From: Candidatus Pacearchaeota archaeon
Lineage (GTDB): Archaea > Nanobdellota > Nanobdellia > Pacearchaeales > GW2011-AR1
Length of the DNA: 64,000 nucleotides
Direction: 5' to 3'
NCBI GenBank assembly: GCA_018304165.1
Contig: JAGVWS010000033.1
Location: 60 to 64,059, forward strand
The notes beneath the pieces are model-generated. The model worked only from the letters and a program-made list of their open reading frames with translations, was not told the DNA's origin and did no database searches. Of this stretch, positions 25,960 through 35,461 are shown piece by piece (within the stretch, counting starts at the first letter, position 1; the number at the start of each line of letters is the position of its first letter). A program made the position numbers and the translations under genes.

Positions 25960-27768
25960 CTACAGCGCCAGAGATTTTTCTTCTACCATCTTTTTTATTC
26001 TTTCAGCGATTTTCTCAATCTTCATCTCTCCGATAATTTCTCCGCCTCTCAATCTTACATTAGCTGTTCCTGCTTTTTCTTCCTTCTCTCCAACAATAAG
26101 CATATAAGGAATCTTCTTGAGTTGGGCATTTCTTATTTTTTTCTGCAGAGTTTCGTTGCTTAAATCAATCTTAACTCTCAGTCCGGGAATTAATTTTTTT
26201 AATTTATTGGTTGTTTTTTCTGCTGATTTTGTGAATTTCTCGCTTATTGGCAGTATTATTGCCTGATTCGGCGAAAGCCATACTGGAAACGCTCCGGCAA
26301 AGTGCTCAAGCATAATCATCATAAACCTCTCCGGAGACCCTATAATTGCACGATGTATCATCACTGGGCGCTTTATCGTTCCGTCCCTGGCAGCATATTC
26401 CAGTCCAAAACGCTCCGGCATCACAAAATCTATTTGTATTGTAGACAACTGCCATTCTCTTCCCAGTGCGTCTGTTGCTATAAGGTCCATCTTTGGAGCA
26501 TAGAATGCTGCCTCTCCAGGACCATCAAAATATTCTATTTTATTCCTCTTCATTATTTTGACTGCCCATGCTTCCACTCTATCCCATATTTCTGGATTAC
26601 CTAAATATTTTTCAGGATGCTTTTGATCGCGCGTTGACAAACGATACTTATATTTCAGCCCAAAAGTATTTATTATTTCTTTAGTCATTGTTAAGGCTTT
26701 GTCAATTTCTTCATCCACCTGTTCTTCTGTACAGAAGATGTGGCAGTCATCCTGAGAGAATGCCCTTACCCTGGATAATCCGCTTAGCTCTCCCGGCTTT
26801 TCATCTCTGTAGAGCATGGAGAAATCTGAAAATCTCAATGGCAAATCACGGTAACTATGGGGTTCAGCAGAATATATCTGGGTATGCTGAGGACAGTTCA
26901 TGGGCTTGAGGAAGAACTCTTCATTAGAATAACTGCTTGATACTTTAAACATAGCGTCTTTATACTTGTCATAATGTCCTGATATTTTAAACAGTTTCGC
27001 CTTTGTCATCTGTGGAGTCCAGACCTGCGTATAATCCTGCGCAGACTGGACAGATTCTACATAATTATTAACTGCAATCCTGACGAAAGCACCGTCGGGA
27101 GTATATAACGGCAAGCCGCTTCCTACCAATTCTGAAAATGTAAACAATCCCAGCTCCTTTCCTAATTTTCTATGGTCCCTCTTTTCTGCTTCTTCAATCC
27201 TCTTCAGATGCTCATCAAGCTCTTTCTGCGTCGGAAAGCAAGTTCCGTAAATACGCGTAAGCATTTTGTTCTTCTCACTTCCCCTCCAGTATGCTCCTGC
27301 TATTTTTAATAGTTTGAATGCTGTTATATCTTTCGAAGGATTATCAACATGCCCGCCCCTGCATAAATCAGTGTAATTGCCGCTCTTGTAAAGAGTTAGT
27401 TTTTGCCCGTCCTTTGAGAATTCATCAATGAGTTCTAATTTATATTCGTTATTCTTGAATTCTTTCTTGGCTTCCGATGCAGTTACTTCCTTTCTCTGAA
27501 AACTTTTCCACGTCTTCAATATCTCCGCCATTCTGCCTTCAATCCCCGGCAGATCGCCGTCTTTTAATTCAACTTCTCCGAAATCAAAATCATAGTAAAA
27601 TCCGTTTTCTATTGGAGGCCCTATAGTTCTCTTCGCTTTTGGAAACAGCCCGATCACTGCTGCGGCAAGAAGATGAGCGCAGCTGTGTCTCAATCTGTCG
27701 AGATATTCATTTGAATATTCCTTGCTCTTTTTCCTGTCTGGCATCTCATTATATCTTATAAAGAGCAT
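25960..27768 (-). CDS. thrS: Threonyl-tRNA synthetase (class II; SAD HxxxH domain, catalytic core, anticodon-binding domain; no N-terminal TGS/editing domain)
   Basis: SCAHLLAAAV (HxxxH), class II motifs (FRLSTRDQ, HRDLPLRFSDFSMLYRDEKPGELSGLSRVRAFSQDDCHIF, GFGLEY). Confidence 0.9.
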   Translation of the reverse strand: MLFIRYNEMPDRKKSKEYSNEYLDRLRHSCAHLLAAAVIGLFPKAKRTIGPPIENGFYYDFDFGEVELKDGDLPGIEGRMAEILKTWKSFQRKEVTASEAKKEFKNNEYKLELIDEFSKDGQKLTLYKSGNYTDLCRGGHVDNPSKDITAFKLLKIAGAYWRGSEKNKMLTRIYGTCFPTQKELDEHLKRIEEAEKRDHRKLGKELGLFTFSELVGSGLPLYTPDGAFVRIAVNNYVESVQSAQDYTQVWTPQMTKAKLFKISGHYDKYKDAMFKVSSSYSNEEFFLKPMNCPQHTQIYSAEPHSYRDLPLRFSDFSMLYRDEKPGELSGLSRVRAFSQDDCHIFCTEEQVDEEIDKALTMTKEIINTFGLKYKYRLSTRDQKHPEKYLGNPEIWDRVEAWAVKIMKRNKIEYFDGPGEAAFYAPKMDLIATDALGREWQLSTIQIDFVMPERFGLEYAARDGTIKRPVMIHRAIIGSPERFMMIMLEHFAGAFPVWLSPNQAIILPISEKFTKSAEKTTNKLKKLIPGLRVKIDLSNETLQKKIRNAQLKKIPYMLIVGEKEEKAGTANVRLRGGEIIGEMKIEKIAERIKKMVEEKSLAL

Positions 27769-27788
27769 TTAAAACTTTCCTTAAGATA

Positions 27789-28054
27789 AGTATCTCCGAT
27801 GGATTGCTATTACATATTAGAAATAAGAGATATAGAATCTATTAATTAATTTTGAAACACCAGCCATCTAGTTCTTAACGATGATAAATACTGGCAAGCC
27901 ATCTAGTTCTTAACGATGATAAATACTGGCAAGCCATCTAGTTCTTAACGATGATAAATACTGGCAAGCCATCATCCAAGTTATCCTAATCTGATTTACA
28001 ATATTAATTGAGCCCTGAATCTATTACTAAGCTATATTTGTATTGGAGATACTT
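27789..28054. mobile_element. MITE-like element carrying an internal 35-bp x3 tandem array, abutting the 3' end of tRNA-Ala
   Basis: Ends AAGTATCTCCGATGG (27789) and GTATTGGAGATACTT (28040) match the family TIR. 35-bp unit ccatctagttcttaacgatgataaatactggcaag x3 at 27864-27968. Confidence 0.55.
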
Positions 28055-28060
28055 AAGATA

Positions 28061-28134
28061 TGGACCTATCGGGAATCGGACCCGAATCTCGTCGTTGCGA
28101 ACGGCGCGTAATTAAGCCATTATACTATAGGCCC
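28061..28134 (-). tRNA. tRNA-Ala (anticodon CGC); CCA not encoded
   Basis: Manual fold: acceptor GGGCCTA/TAGGTCC with G3:U70 (Ala identity pair), A73, anticodon loop TTCGCAA, T-stem TCGGG/CCCGA. One C.A mismatch in the anticodon stem and a non-canonical T-loop (TCCGATT). Confidence 0.6.
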
Positions 28135-28184
28135 TCTTCTGCTTTTACCAGCTATAAGCTTTGCGCTCTGTGAACTACCCTTAC

Positions 28185-29363
28185 CTAACATTCTGTTGAG
28201 GTTAGGGCTTCTTGCTTCATAGAACTTGTTTGCTCCAACGGAGTATTGACAGATTTCTCCACACAGGACAATTCCTGCCCTGCTAATTTATTTAGTATGT
28301 TTATCGCCGAGTTGTAATCTCTGTCTATGACAAAGCCACATTCAGCACACTCGTAAGTTCTCTTATATAGGGACATATCCTGAATATGTCCACATTGAGA
28401 ACAGATTTTACTTGTGTTTCTTGGGTCTATCTTAACTATCTGACAACCAGCGTTCTCAGCTTTGAAGTCCAGTAGTTGAGCAAATTTACCCCAAGAAGCA
28501 TCCATCATATTTTTAGCGTTGAAATATTTTTGTTGTGACATTTGCTTTATGTCCAAATTTTCCATAACAATTATCTTACATTCCTTTATTAATTTTGTTG
28601 TAATCTTATGCAAGAAATCTGTTCTTTGATTTGTGATTTTGAGATGAAGTTTTGATAATCTTATTCTTGCCTTTTTTCTGTTAGAACTTCCTTTCTTTTT
28701 TCTTGACAAATCTTTCTGTAGATGCTTTAACTTTGATAAATTTTGCTCCAAGATTTTGGGGTTTTCTATTTTGTTTCCTTCGCTGTCAACGAGATAATTA
28801 TTTATCCCTAAATCAATTCCCACAACTTTATTTCCGCAAATAATTTGCTTTTTCTCGTCGGTAATTATAATAGCGTACCATCTGTCGATCTCTTTCTTTA
28901 TCTGAATTTGCTTTATGTTTCCATTCACTTCCCTATGAACTTTAATTTTTATATCCCCTATTTTTGAAAGATGAAGTTTATTATCTTCCAGAGAAAAACC
29001 ACTTTGATTATAATTTATTGTCTTGAACCATCCCTTTCCTTTGAACCTCAATCTCCCAACTTTTTTATGATTTCCTTTCAAAACTTTTAATGCTGATAAA
29101 TTAGAAAATAATCTATAACATTCGTATTGAAGTGTTTTAGAATAAACTTCTCTGAATCTCGGCTCACAGATTTTTAAGTCCGGGAGAATTGCCTGAATCA
29201 TATTTCTGTCTATAACAACTTGGTCTCTTAATTCTCCGAGCATCATATTATAAGCCCGTCTACATGTATCCAAAGCAAATTCTAACTTATCAGTTTGCTC
29301 TTTGTTTGGATATAGTCTGAATTTATTTGCTAACATTTTTTGGTTCTCCCTGACTTTCAACAT
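28185..29363 (-). CDS. tnpB: TnpB (IS605 OrfB; RuvC-like RNA-guided nuclease family)
   Basis: C-terminal RuvC-III plus zinc finger region (CSQCGHIQDMSLYKRTYECAECGFVIDRDYNSAINI). Overlaps tnpA by 41 nt. Confidence 0.8.
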   Translation of the reverse strand: MLKVRENQKMLANKFRLYPNKEQTDKLEFALDTCRRAYNMMLGELRDQVVIDRNMIQAILPDLKICEPRFREVYSKTLQYECYRLFSNLSALKVLKGNHKKVGRLRFKGKGWFKTINYNQSGFSLEDNKLHLSKIGDIKIKVHREVNGNIKQIQIKKEIDRWYAIIITDEKKQIICGNKVVGIDLGINNYLVDSEGNKIENPKILEQNLSKLKHLQKDLSRKKKGSSNRKKARIRLSKLHLKITNQRTDFLHKITTKLIKECKIIVMENLDIKQMSQQKYFNAKNMMDASWGKFAQLLDFKAENAGCQIVKIDPRNTSKICSQCGHIQDMSLYKRTYECAECGFVIDRDYNSAINILNKLAGQELSCVEKSVNTPLEQTSSMKQEALTSTEC

Positions 29364-29751
29364 ATTTTTTTAGAACATCAAGAGTTACCTGTCCTGATGT
29401 TATAAGACAATAACTTCCGCTCCAAAATACATCTTTCCAAAGTTTGTCTTTTATCTTGTCTCTGAATTTGTTTCTTAATGCTTTTGAAGTTGCTGATTTC
29501 CAGTTGTTTATGAACTTTAATAAATCTGTTTGTGGCTTGGCTATAAACAAAATATGAACGTGGTCTAAATCGCTTTCTATCGCTGTTATTTTTATTCCAT
29601 AAATTTCTGCAATCTTGTGGGTTCTTGATTTTAGTTCATCAATTATCTCTGGAAAAGATAATACTTTTCTTCTGTATTTTATGCACTGAACTAAGTGATA
29701 ATTCAGTGTATATACTGAATGTGCGTTCTTATCAAATTTGTATATTCCCAT
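29323..29751 (-). CDS. tnpA: IS200-like Y1 (HuH) transposase TnpA
   Basis: HuH motif HVHILF and catalytic Tyr region (WSGSYCLITSG); 142 aa. Confidence 0.8.
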   Translation of the reverse strand: MGIYKFDKNAHSVYTLNYHLVQCIKYRRKVLSFPEIIDELKSRTHKIAEIYGIKITAIESDLDHVHILFIAKPQTDLLKFINNWKSATSKALRNKFRDKIKDKLWKDVFWSGSYCLITSGQVTLDVLKKYVESQGEPKNVSK

Positions 29752-29900
29752 AGTTTTTATTATTCTTTCTCCTTGATATATCTTGTGTTTGGCTACTCAA
29801 ATTCATCTATAACCTAATGAGATTTAGGATATAGACTTCTTGGAGACGAAGTTAAATTTTTTATTACTGCCATAGGATAAACAAGGTTTTAATACCTGCT

Positions 29901-30905
29901 ATGATTATATCTATACGCATGATATTGAAAAGGTTGGGAGCTTCCCTGGCCGCGCTTTGCGCGGGCTCCATTGGAGTGGGATGCGTTAGTGATGTAAATG
30001 CAATTACAAGAGAGATTGAGAGCTATGAGCGGACTAAGATAATTCTTGAGGAATTAATTGAGCACTTTGAGAGGCAGAGAGATCAGAGAGATAATACATA
30101 CTCAAATAAAGATGATTCATATCACTATGCATCTTCTGAACAGTTATCAGAGCAGCTTTCAGAACATGAGAATTCTGCACCCGTTATAGAGCCGGACAGG
30201 AGCAGCCTTTTTTACAGAATAATTCCCGGCGTGAACGCTCTGCAAAGAAGCAATACAAACAATATGAACAGATTAAACAGCAGTGCAAGCAGTATCAACA
30301 ATGCAACAATGAGTATCAACAATGCAACAATGAGTATCAACAATGCAACAAGCAGTTTGCAAAACAGCATTTTATCTGGGCATAACAATATCAGGGCCCA
30401 AAATGCCGTTGATGCAACTCTTAACAGCCTTGATGATCCAAAAAGAGATTTTGACGAGGGAGATGCTAAGCGAGTAGCCCTGACTCTTCTTACCGGCCAG
30501 GACATAGGGGCTGTCGTTGAGTGGGGTTATTCTCAGGTAGATGAAGTCAGGAGAGTAAAGAAAGAATGGCTGGAAAAGCCTCTCGAAGAATATACTGGAG
30601 TTAAATGGGGCTTCTCATTTAGCGGAGGCATTTCCGGTGAGGTTGATGCAGGGATCAGGGCAAGAAAGAAACTTAATGTCTTTGGACTTTCCGGTGAATT
30701 ATCCCTTGAATTAAAAGAACAGTCCTGGAGCGATTTTGCTTACGGAAATTCTCAAGCTTCCGCTCTTACCTCTTCTTATGCATATAGATACAGAGAACCA
30801 GTTCTTAACTCTCCACTATGGCTCATGGCTCTTAGTGATGAAGATGAATCTCCCACTATTACTCTTGCTTACACCATAAAATTCCCTTCCGGAAAAAGGC
30901 GCTGA
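29901..30905 (+). CDS. Secreted/lipoprotein-like protein of unknown function
   Basis: Signal peptide with lipobox-like GVGC; SEQLSEQLSE and NNATMSINNATMSINNAT repeats. Confidence 0.35.
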   Translation: MIISIRMILKRLGASLAALCAGSIGVGCVSDVNAITREIESYERTKIILEELIEHFERQRDQRDNTYSNKDDSYHYASSEQLSEQLSEHENSAPVIEPDRSSLFYRIIPGVNALQRSNTNNMNRLNSSASSINNATMSINNATMSINNATSSLQNSILSGHNNIRAQNAVDATLNSLDDPKRDFDEGDAKRVALTLLTGQDIGAVVEWGYSQVDEVRRVKKEWLEKPLEEYTGVKWGFSFSGGISGEVDAGIRARKKLNVFGLSGELSLELKEQSWSDFAYGNSQASALTSSYAYRYREPVLNSPLWLMALSDEDESPTITLAYTIKFPSGKRR

Positions 30906-31172
30906 TTTCTGATACAATCCCAATTTAGCAGGAAGATTTAAAGAATCAACCAATAATGTAAATCCTCTTAATAAGCACGAACAGGCATGAGCAAGCCTTT
31001 GTTAGCCTTTGTTAGCAATTACCATCGATTGAACTCGTTGATAAAGGTCATACCTAATTAATAATGGAATTATTTCTGATAGTTATATCATTCTTATGCT
31101 ACTAAAATAATTACCCATTGGAGATGCTGGCTCTTAACCAACACTTATAAAGAAGTATGCACAATCCATTGG

Positions 31173-32009
31173 ATGAAAAAAGAGGATTTTCTGAAAAAAA
31201 TTGAAATAGAATTAAGAATTTCAAAGAACAGCCCATACACTATAAGAAATTATCTGAAAGCGAATGAAGAGCTTCTTGACTTTGCGAAGAAAAACCCGGA
31301 AAATATTGAGCAGAATGATGTCAAGAGCTTTCTTGCAGAAAACTCAGGTAAAGCTTCAAGCTCTATAATCCTGATTCTTGCAGCAATAAGATTTGCATAT
31401 ACCTCTCTACTTCAAAAAGATCCTACGGTGAGCATCAAGAGGCCGAAGAAGGAAAGAACTCTCCCCGACGTTTTAACGAAAGAAGAAGTTCTCAAGCTTA
31501 TTGAAAACACAAAGACATGGAAGAGCCGCCTGATAGTCAGCTTGTTATACGCCTCTGGAATGAGGGTGTCTGAATTAATAAACCTTCGGCTGAAGAACCT
31601 TCATTTCGAAGAGAAAATCGGGCATATAAAGAAAGCCAAGGGAAACAAAGACAGAATTTTCAATATACCTAATTATTTGATTGAAGATTTGAAGAGGCAG
31701 GCTGAGGAGCAGAAGCAAAAGGGCAGGGAATTTTTATTCACAGGCCGTGAGGGAAAGCAGATTTCCGCCCAAAACCTCCAGAAAATTGTAAGGCTTGCAG
31801 CAAAGCGGGCAGGAATTAAAAAAAGCGCCCATTGTCACACCCTGCGTCATAGCTACGCGACACATCTCTTGGAGTCCGGAACAGATATTAGACTGATACA
31901 AACCCTGCTTGGACACAGTTCAATCTCCACGACGGAAATTTACACCCACATTTCTACCGCGCAGTTAAAGAGAGTTGTTTCTCCTCTGGATGAGCTGATG
32001 AAGAAATAA
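31173..32009 (+). CDS. Tyrosine recombinase, XerA/XerCD-like
   Basis: Catalytic residues in context (R..., HTLRHSYATHLLESGTDIRLIQTLLGHSSISTTEIYTH). 278 aa, as for archaeal XerA. Confidence 0.8.
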   Translation: MKKEDFLKKIEIELRISKNSPYTIRNYLKANEELLDFAKKNPENIEQNDVKSFLAENSGKASSSIILILAAIRFAYTSLLQKDPTVSIKRPKKERTLPDVLTKEEVLKLIENTKTWKSRLIVSLLYASGMRVSELINLRLKNLHFEEKIGHIKKAKGNKDRIFNIPNYLIEDLKRQAEEQKQKGREFLFTGREGKQISAQNLQKIVRLAAKRAGIKKSAHCHTLRHSYATHLLESGTDIRLIQTLLGHSSISTTEIYTHISTAQLKRVVSPLDELMKK

Positions 32010-32176
32010 AATTATCATTAAGGGTTATTGATTATTATTTGGATAATAAATCATAATTAACTAATAATCTATAAGACTTAGACATAATCTGATGCAATTG
32101 TCCGGCATATTAAGGGCTATCAATAATGGCTATACTAAAAGTTATTTTGAATTTATATTAATCAATAGAATTATTC

Positions 32177-32584
32177 TCACCTGTACGACTTCTGTCTCTT
32201 CGTCCTTGCCTTGGAATCTCCGGGCTTGTAAGCTTCCTTTCTCCTTACATCCGCCACAAGCAGGGCCTTGTCATAAGTGAGGTAAGCTCTCTTCAGCGCT
32301 TCTGACTTGCTGAATTTTACAATTGCTCTTGCAATAGCCAGCCTTGCAGCTTCTGTCTGGCTTTCCTTCCCTCCTCCCCTTGCAATAACACTTACATCAT
32401 AATTATTGTTTCCTAAAGTTTCCATAGCAATGTTTATAGGCTCTTCAATGTACAGCCTCCTCAATTTAGGGAGTGCCGTGTAGGGAACTTTATTAATAGT
32501 AACTTTGCCCTTTCCTTCTGTTATCGTCGCTGTAGCTTTTGAAGACTTTCTCTTCCCGGAAGCAATAATGCCTTTAATTTTCAT
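32177..32584 (-). CDS. rps9: 30S ribosomal protein uS9
   Basis: uS9 signature with C-terminal ...RTKRQKSYR. Confidence 0.9.
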   Translation of the reverse strand: MKIKGIIASGKRKSSKATATITEGKGKVTINKVPYTALPKLRRLYIEEPINIAMETLGNNNYDVSVIARGGGKESQTEAARLAIARAIVKFSKSEALKRAYLTYDKALLVADVRRKEAYKPGDSKARTKRQKSYR

Positions 32585-32585
32585 T

Positions 32586-33029
32586 TTATCCTCTGTATTT
32601 TAGTCCCCCGGATAATTTTTCCAGAGATATTGATTTAATTGGGGCAGTGCTCCTGCTTGATTTTACCATCCTGAAATTTTTAAGTTCCTCCGGAATTCTT
32701 ATATAGCACCTTACTCTCTTTAAAGCATCCCTTCCCCTGCCTTTCTTTTGTGGCAGCATTCCTCTTATAATTCTTTTAAGAAGCCTGTCCGGGCCGGAAG
32801 GAAAAAACGGGCCTTTCATGGCGCTCCCTCCCTTTCTTCTTAATATTAAATATTTATTCAATATATCTCTTTCATTGCCTATTATTACTGCCTTTTCAGA
32901 ATTAACGATTTTTATTTTCTTGCCTAAGAGAAGCTGCTTTGCAGTATAACTGGCTAATCTTCCCGCAATGGCGTTTTCCGCATCTATAACAACCTCTTCC
33001 ATCCCTGCAGGTGCATTTTCTTTTTTCAT
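32586..33029 (-). CDS. rpl13: 50S ribosomal protein uL13
   Basis: uL13 pattern (VIDAENAIAGRLAS...). Conserved position L18e-L13-S9. Confidence 0.9.
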   Translation of the reverse strand: MKKENAPAGMEEVVIDAENAIAGRLASYTAKQLLLGKKIKIVNSEKAVIIGNERDILNKYLILRRKGGSAMKGPFFPSGPDRLLKRIIRGMLPQKKGRGRDALKRVRCYIRIPEELKNFRMVKSSRSTAPIKSISLEKLSGGLKYRG

Positions 33030-33154
33030 AGTGTTATATTTTTGCCTCTTGATTGATAATTGATAAATTTATTCTTCTTAATTAATAATTGATAAATTTA
33101 TTTTGATAAATCTTTGTTTCTTAATTAATAAATTTATTTTCATAGTATTAAATT

Positions 33155-33529
33155 TTATAAAATTATTTTTATTCCGGAAGCTTTAGGATTTATCTTTATT
33201 TCTTCAATTATTGCAGCCACCCCGCATTTTTTATTCTTAAGTTTAGCAGCTGCTTCCTGTGAAAATTTGAATGCACAAACTCTTATCTTCTTGGTTATTT
33301 CTCCGCTTCCCAAGACTTTTCCCGGTATTACTATAGTGTCGCCTTCTTCAGCATTAGAATCTATTTTTGACAGGTTAACCTCTTTCATTTCCTTTGTTGG
33401 CGAAGACAAATGCCTCGCAACTTCAATCCATCCGGAATTTTTCTTCGCAGTATTTATGGTTTCTACCAGCTCGGTGTTAGTTTTCTTCCTCATTCTCTTC
33501 TTTATCCTTGTTTTTGATGCCCTTTTCAT
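33155..33529 (-). CDS. rpl18e: 50S ribosomal protein L18e
   Basis: Basic 124-aa protein in the conserved rpoD-L18e-L13-S9 position. Confidence 0.7.
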   Translation of the reverse strand: MKRASKTRIKKRMRKKTNTELVETINTAKKNSGWIEVARHLSSPTKEMKEVNLSKIDSNAEEGDTIVIPGKVLGSGEITKKIRVCAFKFSQEAAAKLKNKKCGVAAIIEEIKINPKASGIKIIL

Positions 33530-33607
33530 ATTGGTTTTATCGGCGCAGTTTCATTAATTTTATCTGTTCTCTCAAAGGAGAGTTGATAAGGAACCTTTGG
33601 TTCCTTA

Positions 33608-33691
33608 TGCGGGAGAAAGGATTCGAACCTTTGCAGGCACTAAGCCATGTGGTCCTTAGCCACACCCGTTTGACCACTCCGGCACTCCCGC
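33608..33691 (-). tRNA. tRNA-Leu, type II, anticodon read as AAG (A34 unusual in Archaea); CCA not encoded
   Basis: Acceptor GCGGGAG/CTCCCGC, A73, D-arm CCG/CGG, anticodon stem TGTGG/CCACA with loop CTAAGGA, 15-nt variable arm, T-arm AAAGG-TTCGAAT-CCTTT. Confidence 0.75.
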
Positions 33692-33741
33692 CCGGATGGT
33701 ATTAAGGTGAAGCTTTAGTTTAAAAACCTTCCAGAGTTATA

Positions 33742-34506
33742 TTAATTCTTCATGAAAGGCTCAAGATTCTTCTTTAGAGCTTCTATAGCCCCGATAACAA
33801 TTTCTTCTGCCTTTATCTGTCCAAAAGACTCGGCGAAGAATATTATTCCCTTCCCTTTTTCTATAGAGACATTGCTTTTAAGCTCTTCATACATCTCCCT
33901 GGTATTCTTCCCATTCTTGAATTTGTACCTTTCAAATTCGGGTTCTTCTCCGTTTTCCCCGGGGTTTATTATTAATATGGGGAAATTCTCTAAAAATTCT
34001 TTATCCGCATCCTTTCCTTTTTTTGGGATGACTTCATAAAACTCTCTATAGTAAAACATTCCCGGGGAATATTTGGCATGCTCAATGCCCTTTCCAAGAG
34101 CGGCTGTTGCAACCAGTTCTATTTCATGTCCCTTTTTTAATACAGTAAGAGGCATTTCCTTGAATACAACTTCTGCTCCTCCCCCAATATCTCCGGAATA
34201 AACTATGCATGGACCCTTCTTTGAAAGCTTGAGCTTGGCTTCGTAAAGCATTCCCTCTTCTTTCTTTTCAGAACTCTTCTTCTTCCTGCTTTTTTCAAGC
34301 ATAGTTTTGTCTGTTTTTAAGGGAAGGAGCCCAAGCCTGTGAGCAAGAACCTCGTCATACAAAACAGAATCATTCTTGAAAACCTCTATTTCATCTATGG
34401 CCAGAATCGGGATTTCCTGGACAGAACGCCTTATGGCATTGGCCAATGGCTCTTCTATGTCCGCAGAAAAAACTGCATCTTCCGGAGTTTTTTTATAAAT
34501 TTTCAT
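33742..34506 (-). CDS. rpoD: DNA-directed RNA polymerase subunit D (Rpb3 homolog)
   Basis: N-terminal dimerisation-domain pattern ([42 protein letters not shown]). Conserved operon position after S11. Confidence 0.85.
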   Translation of the reverse strand: MKIYKKTPEDAVFSADIEEPLANAIRRSVQEIPILAIDEIEVFKNDSVLYDEVLAHRLGLLPLKTDKTMLEKSRKKKSSEKKEEGMLYEAKLKLSKKGPCIVYSGDIGGGAEVVFKEMPLTVLKKGHEIELVATAALGKGIEHAKYSPGMFYYREFYEVIPKKGKDADKEFLENFPILIINPGENGEEPEFERYKFKNGKNTREMYEELKSNVSIEKGKGIIFFAESFGQIKAEEIVIGAIEALKKNLEPFMKN

Positions 34507-34554
34507 TTTTATTGCTTGTATGTTCCCTACATATTTTATCTGTAATTTGCTTTT

Positions 34555-34944
34555 TTAAACTCTTCTTCCGCGCTTTCCTCCCTTTTTCTTTGGCCCGCCT
34601 CTGGGTATCTTAGTTACATCAGAGATGCTTATTATCTTAAAACTCTCTCTTGACAGAGATTTTATTATGGCATGGGCGCCGGGGCCGGGAGAGGTATTTC
34701 CCGTCTTTGCTCTTATCCTGACATATAAATTTTTCATTCCAATCTCATTTGCAGATTCAGCTATCTTCTTAGCTATGAACATTGCAACAGTCGGATTGGC
34801 TTTTAACCTGTCCTGTTTTGTTATCATTCCTCCGGAAACTCTCGCTATCGTATGGCCCGATAAATCAGTCAGGTTAACAAGAGTATTATTAAAGCTGGTG
34901 AATATATGCACGATCCCTGTATTTTCCTGAAGATTCTTACTCAT
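34555..34944 (-). CDS. rps11: 30S ribosomal protein uS11
   Basis: GIVHIFTSFNNTLVNLTDLSGHTIARVSGGM... uS11 signature. Confidence 0.9.
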   Translation of the reverse strand: MSKNLQENTGIVHIFTSFNNTLVNLTDLSGHTIARVSGGMITKQDRLKANPTVAMFIAKKIAESANEIGMKNLYVRIRAKTGNTSPGPGAHAIIKSLSRESFKIISISDVTKIPRGGPKKKGGKRGRRV

Positions 34945-35461
34945 TTTTCACTCCTGTCAAATCTGTTTTCTTAACTTCCTGAGCAACAGCATTGTTTTTT
35001 ACAGCTTTTTTGCTTTCCACCACTTCTATCTTATCCTCTTCATCCACTCTCACGATATAAGATGGCTGGTTAACAATCCGCCCTTTAATCTTTACTCTCT
35101 TATGAACTATTAATTGTCTTGCATGGGGTGGCGTCCTGGCTAATTTTTTCCTGAGCAGAACACTTTGTAATCTCCTCTTTATCCAGTCTCTCTTCTCCAG
35201 AGCAAGGACTTCCGGAATGGAAGAAACCTTGAGTCCAATCTTGTTCAGCTTGTTGAAAAGTTCTTCCTGCTCTTTTTGGCTGGAGGTTATAAGCTTCTTT
35301 GCTATTCTTCTCAACCTGCTTATCGCAGCTTCAGCCTTCCATATCTCTCTCTTGTTTTTAAGCCCATATTCTTTTATTATCTCATTTTCTTCTTCTATTC
35401 TCTGCTTTTCAAAAGGCTTTTTCGGCCTAGAGTACCTCTTGTGCTTTCTTGTCCAGGCCAT
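34937..35461 (-). CDS. rps4: 30S ribosomal protein uS4
   Basis: uS4 N-terminus (KRYSRPKKPFE...), S4 domain. Confidence 0.9.
   Translation of the reverse strand: MAWTRKHKRYSRPKKPFEKQRIEEENEIIKEYGLKNKREIWKAEAAISRLRRIAKKLITSSQKEQEELFNKLNKIGLKVSSIPEVLALEKRDWIKRRLQSVLLRKKLARTPPHARQLIVHKRVKIKGRIVNQPSYIVRVDEEDKIEVVESKKAVKNNAVAQEVKKTDLTGVKNE

Larger units (their letters stand above)
28135..29850 (-). mobile_element. IS200/IS605-family insertion sequence (tnpA + tnpB) with subterminal hairpins
   Basis: Y1 HuH TnpA plus TnpB. RE hairpin cctaacattctgttgaggttagg (28184-28206) and LE hairpin cctaatgagatttagg (29813-29828). No TIRs, as expected for the family. Exact ends not determined. Confidence 0.7.

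Noticed and set aside
28061-32009. tRNA-Ala + IS + secreted protein + XerA-like recombinase as an integrated plasmid or virus.
   Set aside because: The recombinase lies on the 5' side of the tRNA rather than adjacent to a duplicated tRNA 3' end. No direct repeat of the tRNA 3' end was found downstream. No other viral or plasmid genes are present. XerA is more simply the chromosomal dif recombinase.
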